The notes beneath the pieces were generated by a model. That model saw nothing but the letters and a program-made list of their open reading frames with translations. It did not search any database and had not been told where the DNA came from. A stretch of DNA of 64,000 nt, taken from the NCBI GenBank assembly GCA_965248265.1, contig CBDFJF010000001.1, positions 512,001-576,000 on the forward strand, given 5' to 3'. Source of the DNA: Candidatus Latescibacterota bacterium. GTDB taxonomy: Bacteria > Latescibacterota > UBA2968 > UBA8231. The position numbers were made by a program, and so were the translations under genes. Shown piece after piece: positions 1-9,859 of this stretch (position 1 is its first letter; each line of letters starts with the position of its first letter).

Positions 1-4
1 CAAG

Positions 5-1162
5 GTGGGTGACGAGGTGCGGGTGGATCCGTCGATGAAGGTGGTGATCGAGCGCCTGAAGTCGAAGGACAGCAAGGAGTACTTCCTTGAGGAAATTCCC
101 TCGGCTTCGTGGGACAAGATCGGTGGCCAGGAGAAGGCGATTCGGGCGATCCGTGACACCATCGAGTTGCCGGCCCTGCACCCGGAACTATTCGAGCGTT
201 TTCAGTACTCCACCCCGAAGGGATTCCTGTTGTACGGTCCGCCCGGATGCGGCAAAACGCTGATCGGTAAGGCCACGGCATTCAACCTGGTGCAGCATCT
301 GCGAGAGGCGGAGGGTCTGGAGGTGCGCGAGTACTTCATGCACATAAAGGGCCCCGAAATCCTCAACATGTGGTTGGGCGAAACCGAGCGACTGGTACGC
401 GAGATCTTCGCGCAAGCGCGCCAGAAGAGGAAGGAGGGCTACCTCCCCTTCGTCTTCATCGATGAAGCCGAGTCCATCCTGGGCACCCGCCGGTCGATGC
501 GCAGTCACAACATCGCCAACACGGTGGTGCCGATGTTCTGCACCGAGATGGACGGCATCGAGTCCCTCCAGGATGTCGTCATCATCCTGGCGTCCAACCG
601 TCACGACCTGATCGACCCCGCCATCCTTCGTCCCGGACGCATCGACCGCAAAATCAAGGTCGAGCGGCCCGATCAGGATGCCTCGAAGGAGATCTTTGGC
701 ATTTATCTGAACGAGGAATTGCCCGTTGATGTGACAGAAATCGAACGGCATGGCAGTGCAGAGGCGGCTCGTCAGGCGTTGATCGAAGAAGCGACGGCGG
801 CGCTGTTCGCGCACACAGAACACAACAAGTTTCTGGAAGTGGCGCTCAGGAGCGGACGCCAGGAGAGCCTCTATTTCGGCGACCTGGTGAGTGGTGCTCT
901 CCTCGACAACATCGTCCAACGAGCCAAGGAATCTGCGATCAAGCGGGCGATCGCCGAGCAAGATGCCGAAGCCGGAATCCGGCTCGAGGACTTAACCGAT
1001 GCCCTGAACGCAGAATACCGGGAGAACGAGGTGTTCCCGCCCAGCGACAGTGTCGAGGATTGGTTGAAGCTTCTCGACTACGACCCGGAGAACGTGGTGC
1101 GGGTGGCGCCGGTGCGCCACGACGATGCTGCGGACGCGGTCAACCCCAGCAACGTCATCTGA
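5..1162 (+). CDS. arc: Proteasomal AAA+ ATPase ARC/Mpa (5' part outside window)
   Basis: Walker A GPPGCGKT, pore loop KGPEILNMWLGE, Walker B FIDEAES, RPGRIDRKI; first gene of a Pup/UBact-type operon. Confidence 0.93.
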   Translation: MGDEVRVDPSMKVVIERLKSKDSKEYFLEEIPSASWDKIGGQEKAIRAIRDTIELPALHPELFERFQYSTPKGFLLYGPPGCGKTLIGKATAFNLVQHLREAEGLEVREYFMHIKGPEILNMWLGETERLVREIFAQARQKRKEGYLPFVFIDEAESILGTRRSMRSHNIANTVVPMFCTEMDGIESLQDVVIILASNRHDLIDPAILRPGRIDRKIKVERPDQDASKEIFGIYLNEELPVDVTEIERHGSAEAARQALIEEATAALFAHTEHNKFLEVALRSGRQESLYFGDLVSGALLDNIVQRAKESAIKRAIAEQDAEAGIRLEDLTDALNAEYRENEVFPPSDSVEDWLKLLDYDPENVVRVAPVRHDDAADAVNPSNVI

Positions 1163-1168
1163 GGCCTG

Positions 1169-2728
1169 ATGCTGACGGGCAAGCGTCTGTTCGGTCTGGA
1201 GACCGAGTACGGAATTCAGATCGAGGGCGTTGGGGGAGACATGGATGTCGTGGTCGAGTCGATGGAGCTTATCCGCGCCTACCTGCGCGAGGATTTTGTC
1301 GCGCTATGGGACTACGATCTCGAGAATCCTCGTATGGATATTCGCGGCTTCGAGGTCGATGAGTTGCTCAACGACATCGACGAAACAGTCCATCTCCAGC
1401 GAGATCGCAAGCGCAAGATTCCCCGAGCCGAGCTCAAGAGCGATCTGATTCTCACCAATGGCGCTCGACTCTATAATGACCATACACACCCAGAGTACTC
1501 AACGCCGGAGTGTTATTCGCTGACGGACCTGGTAGCGTCGGATCGGGCCGGTGAGCGGATTCTGTTGCAGTGCGGACTGCGTCGCACTCAGAGTCTGGCC
1601 AATGGCGTTGTCAGGCTTTACAAGAACAACACCGATTTCGAGGGGCACAGCTATGGTTGCCACGAGAACTACCTGATCAGCCGCGCCTTGCCGTTCGAGC
1701 GCGTCATTGACGGCTTGTTGCCGTTTCTGGTGACGCGGCAGGTGTTCGCCGGCGCCGGGAAGGTGGGTGTGGAAGGCGACCGCGGGGCAGATCCTGCGGT
1801 TTTCCAATTAGCCCAGCGTTCCGACTTCTTCGAGACCATCGCCAGCGTCGATACCATGACCCGGCGTCCTCTCGTCAACACGCGAGACGAACCGCATGCG
1901 AGCGCGGCGGATTACCGGCGTCTGCACATCATCATCGGTGACTCAAACATGTCGGAGTACGTTACCGCATTGAAGGTGGGCAGCATGTTGCTCGTGCTCG
2001 ATTTGATTGAATCCGGCCAGGGTCCGGATATCGTCCTGGCTGATCCGCTCGGCGCGCTCAAGGAGATCGCCCGCGACCCGTCACGCCGTTGGCACGTCGA
2101 ATTGGTCAACTCGCGTCACTCGGACGCGCTGGAGGTTCAACGGGCTTACCTGGAGCGCGCCCGGGCCATGGCCGCGGGCCGGGATGAACAGACGGACTGG
2201 GTGCTGAACGAATGGGCGAACATGCTGGATGGCCTCGAAAACGATCCGGTAGAACTGGTTGGACGCTGTGATTGGGTGACCAAGAAGTGGCTCCTCGACG
2301 CCTTCGCCGAGGCGGAAGGGCTGGATTGGGGCAGGCCCGAAGATCGAGTCTGGTTGCAAAGCCAGGATCTGGAGTACCACAACGTCGATCCCGAGGCGGG
2401 GTTGTACCAGATGCTGGAGGCGGACAACGAGGACTGGCGGCTGACGAGCCACGAGCAGGTACAGCGGGCGACGCAGAAGGCTCCACCCGGTACGAGGGCC
2501 TATTTTCGCGGCCGTGCAATCGAGAAATTCGGTAGCTCGGTCCGAGCCCTGAACTGGGACAGCATCGAGTTTGATTTGGACGGCAGGACGGCGGTCATCG
2601 ATCTAAAGAGTTTGGTGGACGGTGATGTGGCCGCTAAGTTTAACGGCATACTGAATGCTTCTGCCACGGCACAGGACCTCGTGGCAGCACTTGAAAAAAA
2701 TGAGGGAGCGACGCCATGGACAGACTGA
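1169..2728 (+). CDS. dop: Depupylase/deamidase Dop
   Basis: GLETEYG, Dop-loop WDYDLENPRMDIRGF, NGARLYNDHTHPEYSTPEC, NTRDEPH, RRLHIIIGD. Confidence 0.92.
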   Translation: MLTGKRLFGLETEYGIQIEGVGGDMDVVVESMELIRAYLREDFVALWDYDLENPRMDIRGFEVDELLNDIDETVHLQRDRKRKIPRAELKSDLILTNGARLYNDHTHPEYSTPECYSLTDLVASDRAGERILLQCGLRRTQSLANGVVRLYKNNTDFEGHSYGCHENYLISRALPFERVIDGLLPFLVTRQVFAGAGKVGVEGDRGADPAVFQLAQRSDFFETIASVDTMTRRPLVNTRDEPHASAADYRRLHIIIGDSNMSEYVTALKVGSMLLVLDLIESGQGPDIVLADPLGALKEIARDPSRRWHVELVNSRHSDALEVQRAYLERARAMAAGRDEQTDWVLNEWANMLDGLENDPVELVGRCDWVTKKWLLDAFAEAEGLDWGRPEDRVWLQSQDLEYHNVDPEAGLYQMLEADNEDWRLTSHEQVQRATQKAPPGTRAYFRGRAIEKFGSSVRALNWDSIEFDLDGRTAVIDLKSLVDGDVAAKFNGILNASATAQDLVAALEKNEGATPWTD

Positions 2729-2913
2729 CGATGGAATCTCGCGACCGGGCTCCGCGCCCGCGTAAACCGTTGGACGGCGGCGATGGCGGTGAGGAAGATT
2801 CGGGACCTCGTCGCCCCAAGGTAGAGCGTCCGAACACGGACGACCTGCTGCGCCGCATGCGTAAGGTGGACCCCAATCAGGCACGCCGGTATCGCCAGCG
2901 TACGGGTCAATGA
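2716..2913 (+). CDS. ubact: Ubiquitin-like modifier UBact (Pup analogue)
   Basis: 65 aa, disordered-looking N-terminus, C-terminal LLRRMRKVDPNQARRYRQRTGQ matching R[T/S]G[E/Q]; RBS GAGGGAG; lies between dop and prcB. Confidence 0.92.
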   Translation: MDRLTMESRDRAPRPRKPLDGGDGGEEDSGPRRPKVERPNTDDLLRRMRKVDPNQARRYRQRTGQ

Positions 2914-3707
2914 GCGACGGCGTCACGGAGACAGACTTCATCGCGCTGCTGCGGCAGCATGGGCAGTTGCCACAGGCGCGGATCGGAGAAACCCGGATCG
3001 GAGACCACGCATCCGGCATCGAACCGACCGAGGGCACGACCATCCTCGCGGTCCGCTATCGCGATGGGGTTCTGGTGGCCGGTGACCGCCGTGCCACCAT
3101 GGGGAACACGGTCGTCTACGATCGCGCTGACAAGGTACTGTCGGTCGATGACCGCTCCGTGATCGCGCTCGCGGGATCGCCGGCGAACGCGTATGAGATT
3201 GTCCGCATGTTGGAGATGTCCTTCCAGCACTACCGGCGCAGCCAGCTGCAGGAATTGAGCCTTGAAGGCAGGCTGCGCACGCTGTCGCGGTTGCTGCGGG
3301 AGAATCTGCCGATGGCCATGCAGGGGATCGGTGCGGTCATTCCGATCTACGCCACCTACGACGCCGCGGATTCGGCGGGGAAGATTTTTTTCTACGACAT
3401 CCTCGGCGCGCAGTTTGAGTCAGTCGACTTCTGCACCACGGGTTCGGGCTCCACGATGATTCGGGGCGCGCTCTACTATCAGAACCGGTGGGAGCAGCCA
3501 CTGGCGGACATGGACGAGAGCCAATCATTGGAGTTGATCCTGAAGATGCTCGAAACAGCGGCAGAATTCGATACGGCGACTGGCGGCTTCCGGCCGACCG
3601 CACGCGTGTTTCCGCAAGTCATGCGGGTCACCGCCGCCGGTATTTCCGTGATCGAGGAGTCCGATCTGGAGTCACTCTACGAGACTCGATTGAGCGGGCG
3701 GGGCTAA
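2910..3707 (+). CDS. prcB: 20S proteasome beta subunit
   Basis: Propeptide then G/TTILAVRY (Thr1 nucleophile), AGDRRAT, TGSGS, DTATGG. Confidence 0.92.
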   Translation: MSDGVTETDFIALLRQHGQLPQARIGETRIGDHASGIEPTEGTTILAVRYRDGVLVAGDRRATMGNTVVYDRADKVLSVDDRSVIALAGSPANAYEIVRMLEMSFQHYRRSQLQELSLEGRLRTLSRLLRENLPMAMQGIGAVIPIYATYDAADSAGKIFFYDILGAQFESVDFCTTGSGSTMIRGALYYQNRWEQPLADMDESQSLELILKMLETAAEFDTATGGFRPTARVFPQVMRVTAAGISVIEESDLESLYETRLSGRG

Positions 3708-3718
3708 AGGCAAGGGAC

Positions 3719-4543
3719 ATGCTGGAAGAACCCTACCGTTGGGTCGAAGCCATTCGCAATCGACGTGAGTACATCGACGATCAGCTCAAAGCGGCCAGCG
3801 CCGTGGTCGGGTGTGCCTATGAGAACGGCATCCTGCTGCTGACGACGACCCCCGGACCGCGAAAGTTGTTCGAGATCTATAACCAGCTGGCCTTCGCCGC
3901 CATCGGTCATCCCGCTGACATCGAAAAGCTGCGCAAAGCGGTTATCGATATCGCCCATCTCGAGGCGTTCAATCTTTCCGCGCACGACATCTCGCTGCAG
4001 CGACTGGTCCATTTCGGCATCGGTCCGCTGATAAAGAGCGCTTTCGACGAGATATTCCGCTCGCCGTACCTGGCCCGTGTGCTGGTGGCCGAACTTGATC
4101 CATCTGAAGACCAGGAGTGCTTTTTCAGCGTGGACGCGGACGGCTCCTTCGTCAGTGGGCGTGAGGCTGCTGCCGTGTCCGGTGTGAACGGCGCCAATCC
4201 CCTCATCATCGACCAGCTCAAGGCGGGCGCTGGACCGGAGGCGAGTCTGGAGGATGCTCTGGATAGCGCCCTGGATGCCTGGGCGCGTGGCCATCTACCG
4301 CCTGCTGAGGAAGGTAAGGCCAGGTCTGACGACGACGCGGATCGCAACGACGCGGATCGCAACGACGCGGATCGCGTGGCCGCGGATCGCGATTCCGCGG
4401 TTCGGGTTTTTTTGAAAGAGTCCCTGTCCTCAGTCAAGCTCGAAGTGGCCGTCCTCGATCGCACCCTGCCGACAACCTCAAAATTCCGTTTGCTGACTGC
4501 GGCGGAACTCGAACCCGTCCAGGCTCGGTACAACGGCCAGTAA
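3719..4543 (+). CDS. prcA: 20S proteasome alpha subunit
   Basis: Start reassigned to MLEEPYRWVEAIRNRREY; KLFEIYNQLAFAAIG, LEVAVLDR; operon position. Confidence 0.88.
   Translation: MLEEPYRWVEAIRNRREYIDDQLKAASAVVGCAYENGILLLTTTPGPRKLFEIYNQLAFAAIGHPADIEKLRKAVIDIAHLEAFNLSAHDISLQRLVHFGIGPLIKSAFDEIFRSPYLARVLVAELDPSEDQECFFSVDADGSFVSGREAAAVSGVNGANPLIIDQLKAGAGPEASLEDALDSALDAWARGHLPPAEEGKARSDDDADRNDADRNDADRVAADRDSAVRVFLKESLSSVKLEVAVLDRTLPTTSKFRLLTAAELEPVQARYNGQ
4331..4405 (+). repeat. 15-bp in-frame tandem repeat (NDADR) inside prcA
   Basis: (g/a)ACGACGCGGATCGC x3 plus two degenerate units. Confidence 0.9.
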
Positions 4544-4555
4544 GCGCCAAGTCAC

Positions 4556-5974
4556 ATGCGTAACCGCATCTACGGTCTGGAAGTGGAGTACGGCTGCATG
4601 CCACCGGACTCCGACCCTTTCCTCAGCCCGGATTTCATCTCGGTCAAAGCCAAGGACTGCGTGTTCTACCGCGAGGGCCTGGGGATCGTCGACATCCACT
4701 ACCGCGGCCGCGACGAGCCACCTGGCAACGGGGGTTTCCTGTTCAACGGCGGTCGAGTTTACATCGACATGGGGCATGTCGAGTACGCCACGCCCGAGTG
4801 TCGGGGACTGTTCGATCTGCTGGCGTCGGATCGGGCCGGCGAGGTCATCGTGCAACGCGCACTGGATCAGCTCGGGCTGGCCGAAAAAGCCTCTTTCTTC
4901 AAAAACAACATCGATCATTACACCGGCGCGACCTTCGGTTGCCACGAGAATTATTTGGTGCGCCGGGACGTGCCGTTCAACCAGGTCCTGCTCCCCGCCA
5001 TTCTGCCGTTTTTCGTCAGCCGGCAGATCTACTCGGGTAGCGGCCGGGTGGGATGCCACACCGACATTTTCGAATACGGCGGCACAGACGACGGGGAAGA
5101 GGTGTCCTACCAGATCTCGCAGCGAGCCGACCACATCGTCACCGAGATCTACCAGTGGATTCAGTTCAGCCGCGCCATCATCAACACCCGGGATGAGCCT
5201 CTGGCCGACTGGGGATTGTACCGCAGGCTTCACCTGCTGGTGGGTGATTCCAACATGTCAGAGTACGCGACCGCTCTCAAGGTCGGGACCACGGCTCTCA
5301 TGCTTGAGCTGCTGGAGGAGCGTATCGTCCCGGACGTCAAGCTGCTGGATCCGGTGCAGGCGATCAGAGACATCTCCCGCGATCTGTCCTACCGCTGGGA
5401 GGTGCAACTCGAGGACGGGCGCTATACCACCGCCACCGAGATCCAGGCAGAATATCTCGAGCTCGCCGAGCGCTACCTGCGCGGCAAAGACCCCGAAGGT
5501 GACTGGGTGCTGAATGAGTGGCGACTGGTGCTTGATGCCCTGCGGCATGACCCCGAGGTCCTGATCGATCGCATCGACTGGGTAACCAAGAAATGGTTGC
5601 TGGAGTCGTTCATGGAAGAGGAGAGCCTCGACTGGCACGACACCTGGGTTCAGAGCCTCGACTTAGAGTACCACAACCTCAATCCCGACAAGGGGTTGTA
5701 CTTTGATCTGCGGCGGCGCGGTGTCGTGCGCAAGCTGTTGGATGACGAACTGGTAAACCAGGCAATCGTCACCCCGCCTCAAGACACCCGAGCCCGAGCG
5801 CGATCAGTTGTCATGCGGGCGTTGACCGGACAGAAGGCTCGTTACGTCATCGACTGGGATTCCATATATGTCGAAGATGAGAAATACCTGAATATGGACG
5901 ATCCGTTCATGACGTACGACATGGAGTCCGAGGACTTCATTCAGGAGTGCACGGGCCTTCCTGAGGTCGGGTAG
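4556..5974 (+). CDS. pafA: Pup/UBact-protein ligase PafA
   Basis: GLEVEYG, NGGRVYIDMGHVEYATPEC, GCHENY, NTRDEPLAD, no Dop loop. Confidence 0.92.
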   Translation: MRNRIYGLEVEYGCMPPDSDPFLSPDFISVKAKDCVFYREGLGIVDIHYRGRDEPPGNGGFLFNGGRVYIDMGHVEYATPECRGLFDLLASDRAGEVIVQRALDQLGLAEKASFFKNNIDHYTGATFGCHENYLVRRDVPFNQVLLPAILPFFVSRQIYSGSGRVGCHTDIFEYGGTDDGEEVSYQISQRADHIVTEIYQWIQFSRAIINTRDEPLADWGLYRRLHLLVGDSNMSEYATALKVGTTALMLELLEERIVPDVKLLDPVQAIRDISRDLSYRWEVQLEDGRYTTATEIQAEYLELAERYLRGKDPEGDWVLNEWRLVLDALRHDPEVLIDRIDWVTKKWLLESFMEEESLDWHDTWVQSLDLEYHNLNPDKGLYFDLRRRGVVRKLLDDELVNQAIVTPPQDTRARARSVVMRALTGQKARYVIDWDSIYVEDEKYLNMDDPFMTYDMESEDFIQECTGLPEVG

Positions 5975-6055
5975 TTAATGGTGGCTTGCGGCCAAAAAAA
6001 AGACAATATTAGCTGAGACAATGGAAATCCTGGACTAAAACGGTCATACCCTCCG

Positions 6056-6589
6056 ATGCTGCAACCCACGCAAATAGTTGACAACAGCCTGCCACTTTCC
6101 GTGCGCCTGCGGAACTCGCGCCAGAGCGGCCGTTTCGGTGTCAACAGGGTAAAGGATGGCCACACCATCAACACCCTGCGCGCCACGGGCGGTCCACCCG
6201 CCAGCACCAGCCTGTTTTCCTCCACAGGAACGGGCTCGGTGGCCGCGATCAGCGCCGATGACCGCGGTCGGCGATCCACGTCACTATTCGATCTGCCCCG
6301 CAGCGGCAGTAGTGTGCTCTCCAAGCTGCAAGGGCAGGCCAAGAGTAGTAACCCGCTGCTTTCCGGGCTGACGGGAGATTCTTCTGCGGGCGCGGGTTTG
6401 ACCTCGCTAACGAACAGGCAACGCTCATCCCGTTCGTTGGCCGCCGCGCACTCGCAGGCGGCGACCTTGCGGCAACAGTCTACGTCGATCGACAGCCGCA
6501 GCCGTTTCATGCAAGCACAGACAAGCCTTCTGCGATCCTCCGGGGGCTTTGGTGCGACACTCTCCAGTACATTCAACCTCCTAGCGTGA
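6056..6589 (+). CDS. Hypothetical Ser/Gly/Arg-rich protein (start uncertain)
   Basis: Open frame filling the intergenic space; low complexity; ends GATLSSTFNLLA. Confidence 0.5.
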   Translation: MLQPTQIVDNSLPLSVRLRNSRQSGRFGVNRVKDGHTINTLRATGGPPASTSLFSSTGTGSVAAISADDRGRRSTSLFDLPRSGSSVLSKLQGQAKSSNPLLSGLTGDSSAGAGLTSLTNRQRSSRSLAAAHSQAATLRQQSTSIDSRSRFMQAQTSLLRSSGGFGATLSSTFNLLA

Positions 6590-6639
6590 GCAGGTCTGCT
6601 TCCTGCGTAAGCAGGACTGCTCGCCGGGCTCATTCGAGC

Positions 6640-6871
6640 AGGACGATCCCCAACCCATTCAACAGCGCGACGGTGATTCCGTTCGAGCTGCCGCATTTGG
6701 CCGTTGTCCAGCTGACGATCTATGATGTCCTGGGTCGATCGCTGCGGCAGCTGTTGTCGCAACCGCTGTCAGGCGGGTACCATCGCGTGATGTGGGATGG
6801 TCTGGATGATCGAGGCCGGGCGGTCAGCTGATTCGTTCACGCAAAGCGGCCGCATGTTGCTGCTGCAGTAA
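6640..6871 (+). pseudogene. Remnant of a FlgD-Ig/T9SS-type C-terminal domain
   Basis: PNPFNSATVIPF...IYDVLGR...WDGLDDRGRAVS then stop; the tail DSFTQSGRMLLLQ* continues in another frame; the usual GxYxYxL segment is missing. Confidence 0.7.
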
Positions 6872-6878
6872 CTCCCCC

Positions 6879-8312
6879 TCACACACCGATCTGGGCGCGC
6901 AACAACTCTTGAACCAGCTGAGGGTTGGCCTTGCCGCCGGTCGCCTTCATCACCTGCCCCATCAGGAATCCGATCGGTTTCTGGTTGCCCCCCCTGACCT
7001 TCTCGACCGCATCGCCGTTGTCGGCGATAACCTGGGTGACCGCGGATTCCAGTTCCGAGGTGTCAGAGATCTGCCTGAGGCCGCGCTCGTCGACGATGAC
7101 GGTGGGCGAGCCGCCACCTTCCCACATCAGCCCAAACACTTCCTTGGCGGCAGTTTGGTTGACCGTGCTGTCCTGCACGAGGCCGATCAACTCGGCCAGG
7201 TGATCCGGCTGTACCTTGACCTCGTCGATTACCATGGCGGTTTCATTCAGGCGCCGGAACACCTCACCGGTGATCCAGTTGTTGGCCAGCTTGGGGTCGG
7301 CCCCGGCTTGGAGAGTATCTTCATAATAGGCGGCCACGCCCTGGTCCTCGACCAGCAACCGGGCATCCTCTATATCGATTCCATACTGGTCCACGAAACG
7401 GGACGCCTTGTCATCGGGTAGTTCCGGCAGCCGTTGACGCGCGCCGTCGAGCCACTCTGGTGACAGTTGCAGATCGAGCAGATCCGGCTCGGGGAAGTAG
7501 CGGTAGTCATCGGCAAATTCCTTGCTGCGCTGCTCCCGTGTAGCTCCCGCGCCTTCATCCCAGCCCATCGTCACTTGCCGAATCGACTCACCCGCTGACA
7601 GCGCCTCGATCTGACGCTCGACCTCGTACTGAATGGCGTTCCTCACCGAGCGAAACGAGTTGAGATTCTTCACTTCTACTTTTGTTCCGTACTCGCTGGA
7701 GCCTTGGGTGCGCACGGAGACATTGGCCTCGCAGCGCATGGCCCCTTTTTCCATGTCGCCGGTGGAGGCACCAAGATACCGGACGAGTTGGCGGATTTTC
7801 TGCAGGTAGCAGAAGGCCTCTTCCGCGGATCGCAGGGAAGAGTCGGAGACGATCTCCATCAACGGCACGCTGGCGCGATTGTAGTCGACGAGACTGCAGT
7901 CCCCATCGTGAACGAGCTTGCCGGCGTCCTCTTCGAGGTGAACCCGCACGATGCCGACTCGCTTGTTCTGCTCCTCTCCACTGTCGATATGGGTGTAGCC
8001 GTCAACACACAATGGCTCTTCGTACTGTGAGATCTGGTATCCCTTCGGAAGATCCGGGTAGACGTAGTTCTTGCGCGCGAAGACGCTGTGGGGGCGGATG
8101 TCGCAGTTGAGGGCCATGCCGGTCATGACGGTCAGTTTGACCGCTTCCTCGTTGATAACGGGTAGGGCGCCAGGTTGGCCCGTACACACCGGACATACAT
8201 GTTCGTTGGCAGCGATCTGGAAATGATCGGCCGCGCAACGGCAGAACATCTTGGACGCCGTCTGCAGCTCGACGTGTACTTCCATGCCGACCACGGTTTC
8301 GTACCCCCCCAT
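6879..8312 (-). CDS. gatB: Asp/Glu-tRNA amidotransferase subunit B
   Basis: [45 protein letters not shown]. Confidence 0.97.
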   Translation of the reverse strand: MGGYETVVGMEVHVELQTASKMFCRCAADHFQIAANEHVCPVCTGQPGALPVINEEAVKLTVMTGMALNCDIRPHSVFARKNYVYPDLPKGYQISQYEEPLCVDGYTHIDSGEEQNKRVGIVRVHLEEDAGKLVHDGDCSLVDYNRASVPLMEIVSDSSLRSAEEAFCYLQKIRQLVRYLGASTGDMEKGAMRCEANVSVRTQGSSEYGTKVEVKNLNSFRSVRNAIQYEVERQIEALSAGESIRQVTMGWDEGAGATREQRSKEFADDYRYFPEPDLLDLQLSPEWLDGARQRLPELPDDKASRFVDQYGIDIEDARLLVEDQGVAAYYEDTLQAGADPKLANNWITGEVFRRLNETAMVIDEVKVQPDHLAELIGLVQDSTVNQTAAKEVFGLMWEGGGSPTVIVDERGLRQISDTSELESAVTQVIADNGDAVEKVRGGNQKPIGFLMGQVMKATGGKANPQLVQELLRAQIGV

Positions 8313-8323
8313 TGTGCTGGTGC

Positions 8324-8695
8324 TCACGACTTTTCGATCAGCTCGATCTTGACGTTGTCGGGGCCATCGATGAACACCATGCGATTCGGGGCCGTGTTCT
8401 TCGGACCGAACCATACCGAGACCCCGAGCTCCTCGATCTTCGCCATCGTGGCGTCGAAGTCATCGGTGGCCAGGCAGAAGTGATCCAATCCCTTGTAGCG
8501 GAACAGCTCTATGTCAGAGGCTTCGCGTCCTGTTACGGTGATCTGGACGTCGCCGATATGGACGAACTGCCATGGCGCGCCGTCCTTGACGAAGGGCTCA
8601 TCCGAGGTGGCATCGAACACGGACTCGTAAAATTTGACAGCGGCTGATACGTCGGCCGCCTCATGGTGGATGTGATGCAGGCTGTAGCTGGGCAT
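8324..8695 (-). CDS. VOC/glyoxalase family protein
   Basis: [26 protein letters not shown]. Confidence 0.88.
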   Translation of the reverse strand: MPSYSLHHIHHEAADVSAAVKFYESVFDATSDEPFVKDGAPWQFVHIGDVQITVTGREASDIELFRYKGLDHFCLATDDFDATMAKIEELGVSVWFGPKNTAPNRMVFIDGPDNVKIELIEKS

Positions 8696-8848
8696 GTATG
8701 CACTCCTGAAAGTTGGAATCCTGACGATATTAGGAATGTAAGGGATGTGGTGAAATCCGGTGCCGCAGTCAATTCAGGTCGGTACATTCTCCGAGTCCGT
8801 CGATTGATGTATCTTTATAGAAGCCGAGAACTGGAGCCATGGAAGCAG

Positions 8849-9436
8849 ATGGAAAAGAGCCCGGAACAGACTGTCATCGATCCCGAGTGGGTGAACCTCT
8901 TCGCCGAGACCAAGCCCGAGACCGGCAAGGAATCCCTGGTGCGGATTCTCGGGACGATTCCCATTCTCAGTCTGCTCCGTGCCTCCGAACTGAAGCTGCT
9001 GTCGCGCATCGTCCACGTCCGCACCTTCGATCAGGGTGAGACCGTGATTCAGCGGGGTGCCCGGCAATCCGGGTTCTACCTGGTCAGGGCCGGGTCAGTC
9101 AACATCGTCCGTCCCGGGGCTGATGGGCCCCGGATCGTCGATACCCTCCGTCCCCCGGCACTACTGGGGGAGTTTTCCCTGGTCGATGACGCACCACGCA
9201 GCACTTCCATCGTCGCTGCGGAACCCAGTGAGCTCATCGGTTTTTTCAAGCCAGACCTGATGGATGTGCTGGTAACCAAGCCGGGCATGGGGTGCGCGAT
9301 CCTGCTGCGACTGGCCGAGGAAATGAGCCGCAACCTGAACCAAGACTACCAGAAACTGTTCGACCTGGGGTACCCTTTCCTCGAATCCGAGGATGCCTCA
9401 GCGGAACTCGACCCGACCACGAGCGAGGTTCAGTAG
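8849..9436 (+). CDS. Cyclic-nucleotide-binding domain protein (no HTH seen); start could be 8807
   Basis: FYLVRAGSV, LGEFSLVDDAPRSTS phosphate-binding cassette. Confidence 0.85.
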   Translation: MEKSPEQTVIDPEWVNLFAETKPETGKESLVRILGTIPILSLLRASELKLLSRIVHVRTFDQGETVIQRGARQSGFYLVRAGSVNIVRPGADGPRIVDTLRPPALLGEFSLVDDAPRSTSIVAAEPSELIGFFKPDLMDVLVTKPGMGCAILLRLAEEMSRNLNQDYQKLFDLGYPFLESEDASAELDPTTSEVQ

Positions 9437-9440
9437 GATC

Positions 9441-9854
9441 ATGAAGCCGGCCAAGAAGAAGAAGGGGAAGGCGAAAAAGAAGCCGCCGAATTCGCTCCTG
9501 ACGCGCCTGCTCAAGGGCAAAGACAAAAAGAAGGACAAGGGAGACAAGGCGGCCTCCGCGGCGGGAGCGCGGTCCGCTGCCAAGGACAAACCGCCGACCC
9601 CGCTGGACCGTTCCATCAGGGAGATCAAGCAATTGCTCGGAGTGGGACAGTCAGACCCCGAGCGTCTGGCTCTGCTGTTGAGCAACATTCTCGGCGCTGA
9701 GAGGGAGAAGCAGGAAAAGGATCAGCAGAACTTCGATCAGATGGTCTGGGACATCGTCAACCGCAAGGAGCAGAGCAACGGCGATGGAGACGGCGGAGCC
9801 AACGGCGCGGATGGTCCATCGGCGAACGGCAACGGCAGAGAAGGGTTGAACTAG
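9441..9854 (+). CDS. Hypothetical protein with Lys-rich N-terminus
   Basis: Starts 5 nt after the previous stop; host-like codon usage. Confidence 0.65.
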   Translation: MKPAKKKKGKAKKKPPNSLLTRLLKGKDKKKDKGDKAASAAGARSAAKDKPPTPLDRSIREIKQLLGVGQSDPERLALLLSNILGAEREKQEKDQQNFDQMVWDIVNRKEQSNGDGDGGANGADGPSANGNGREGLN

Positions 9855-9859
9855 TCACG

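Noticed and set aside
6030-6060. Sigma28 promoter (TAAA...CCGAT) before the 6056 ORF
   Set aside because: Spacing is three bases too short
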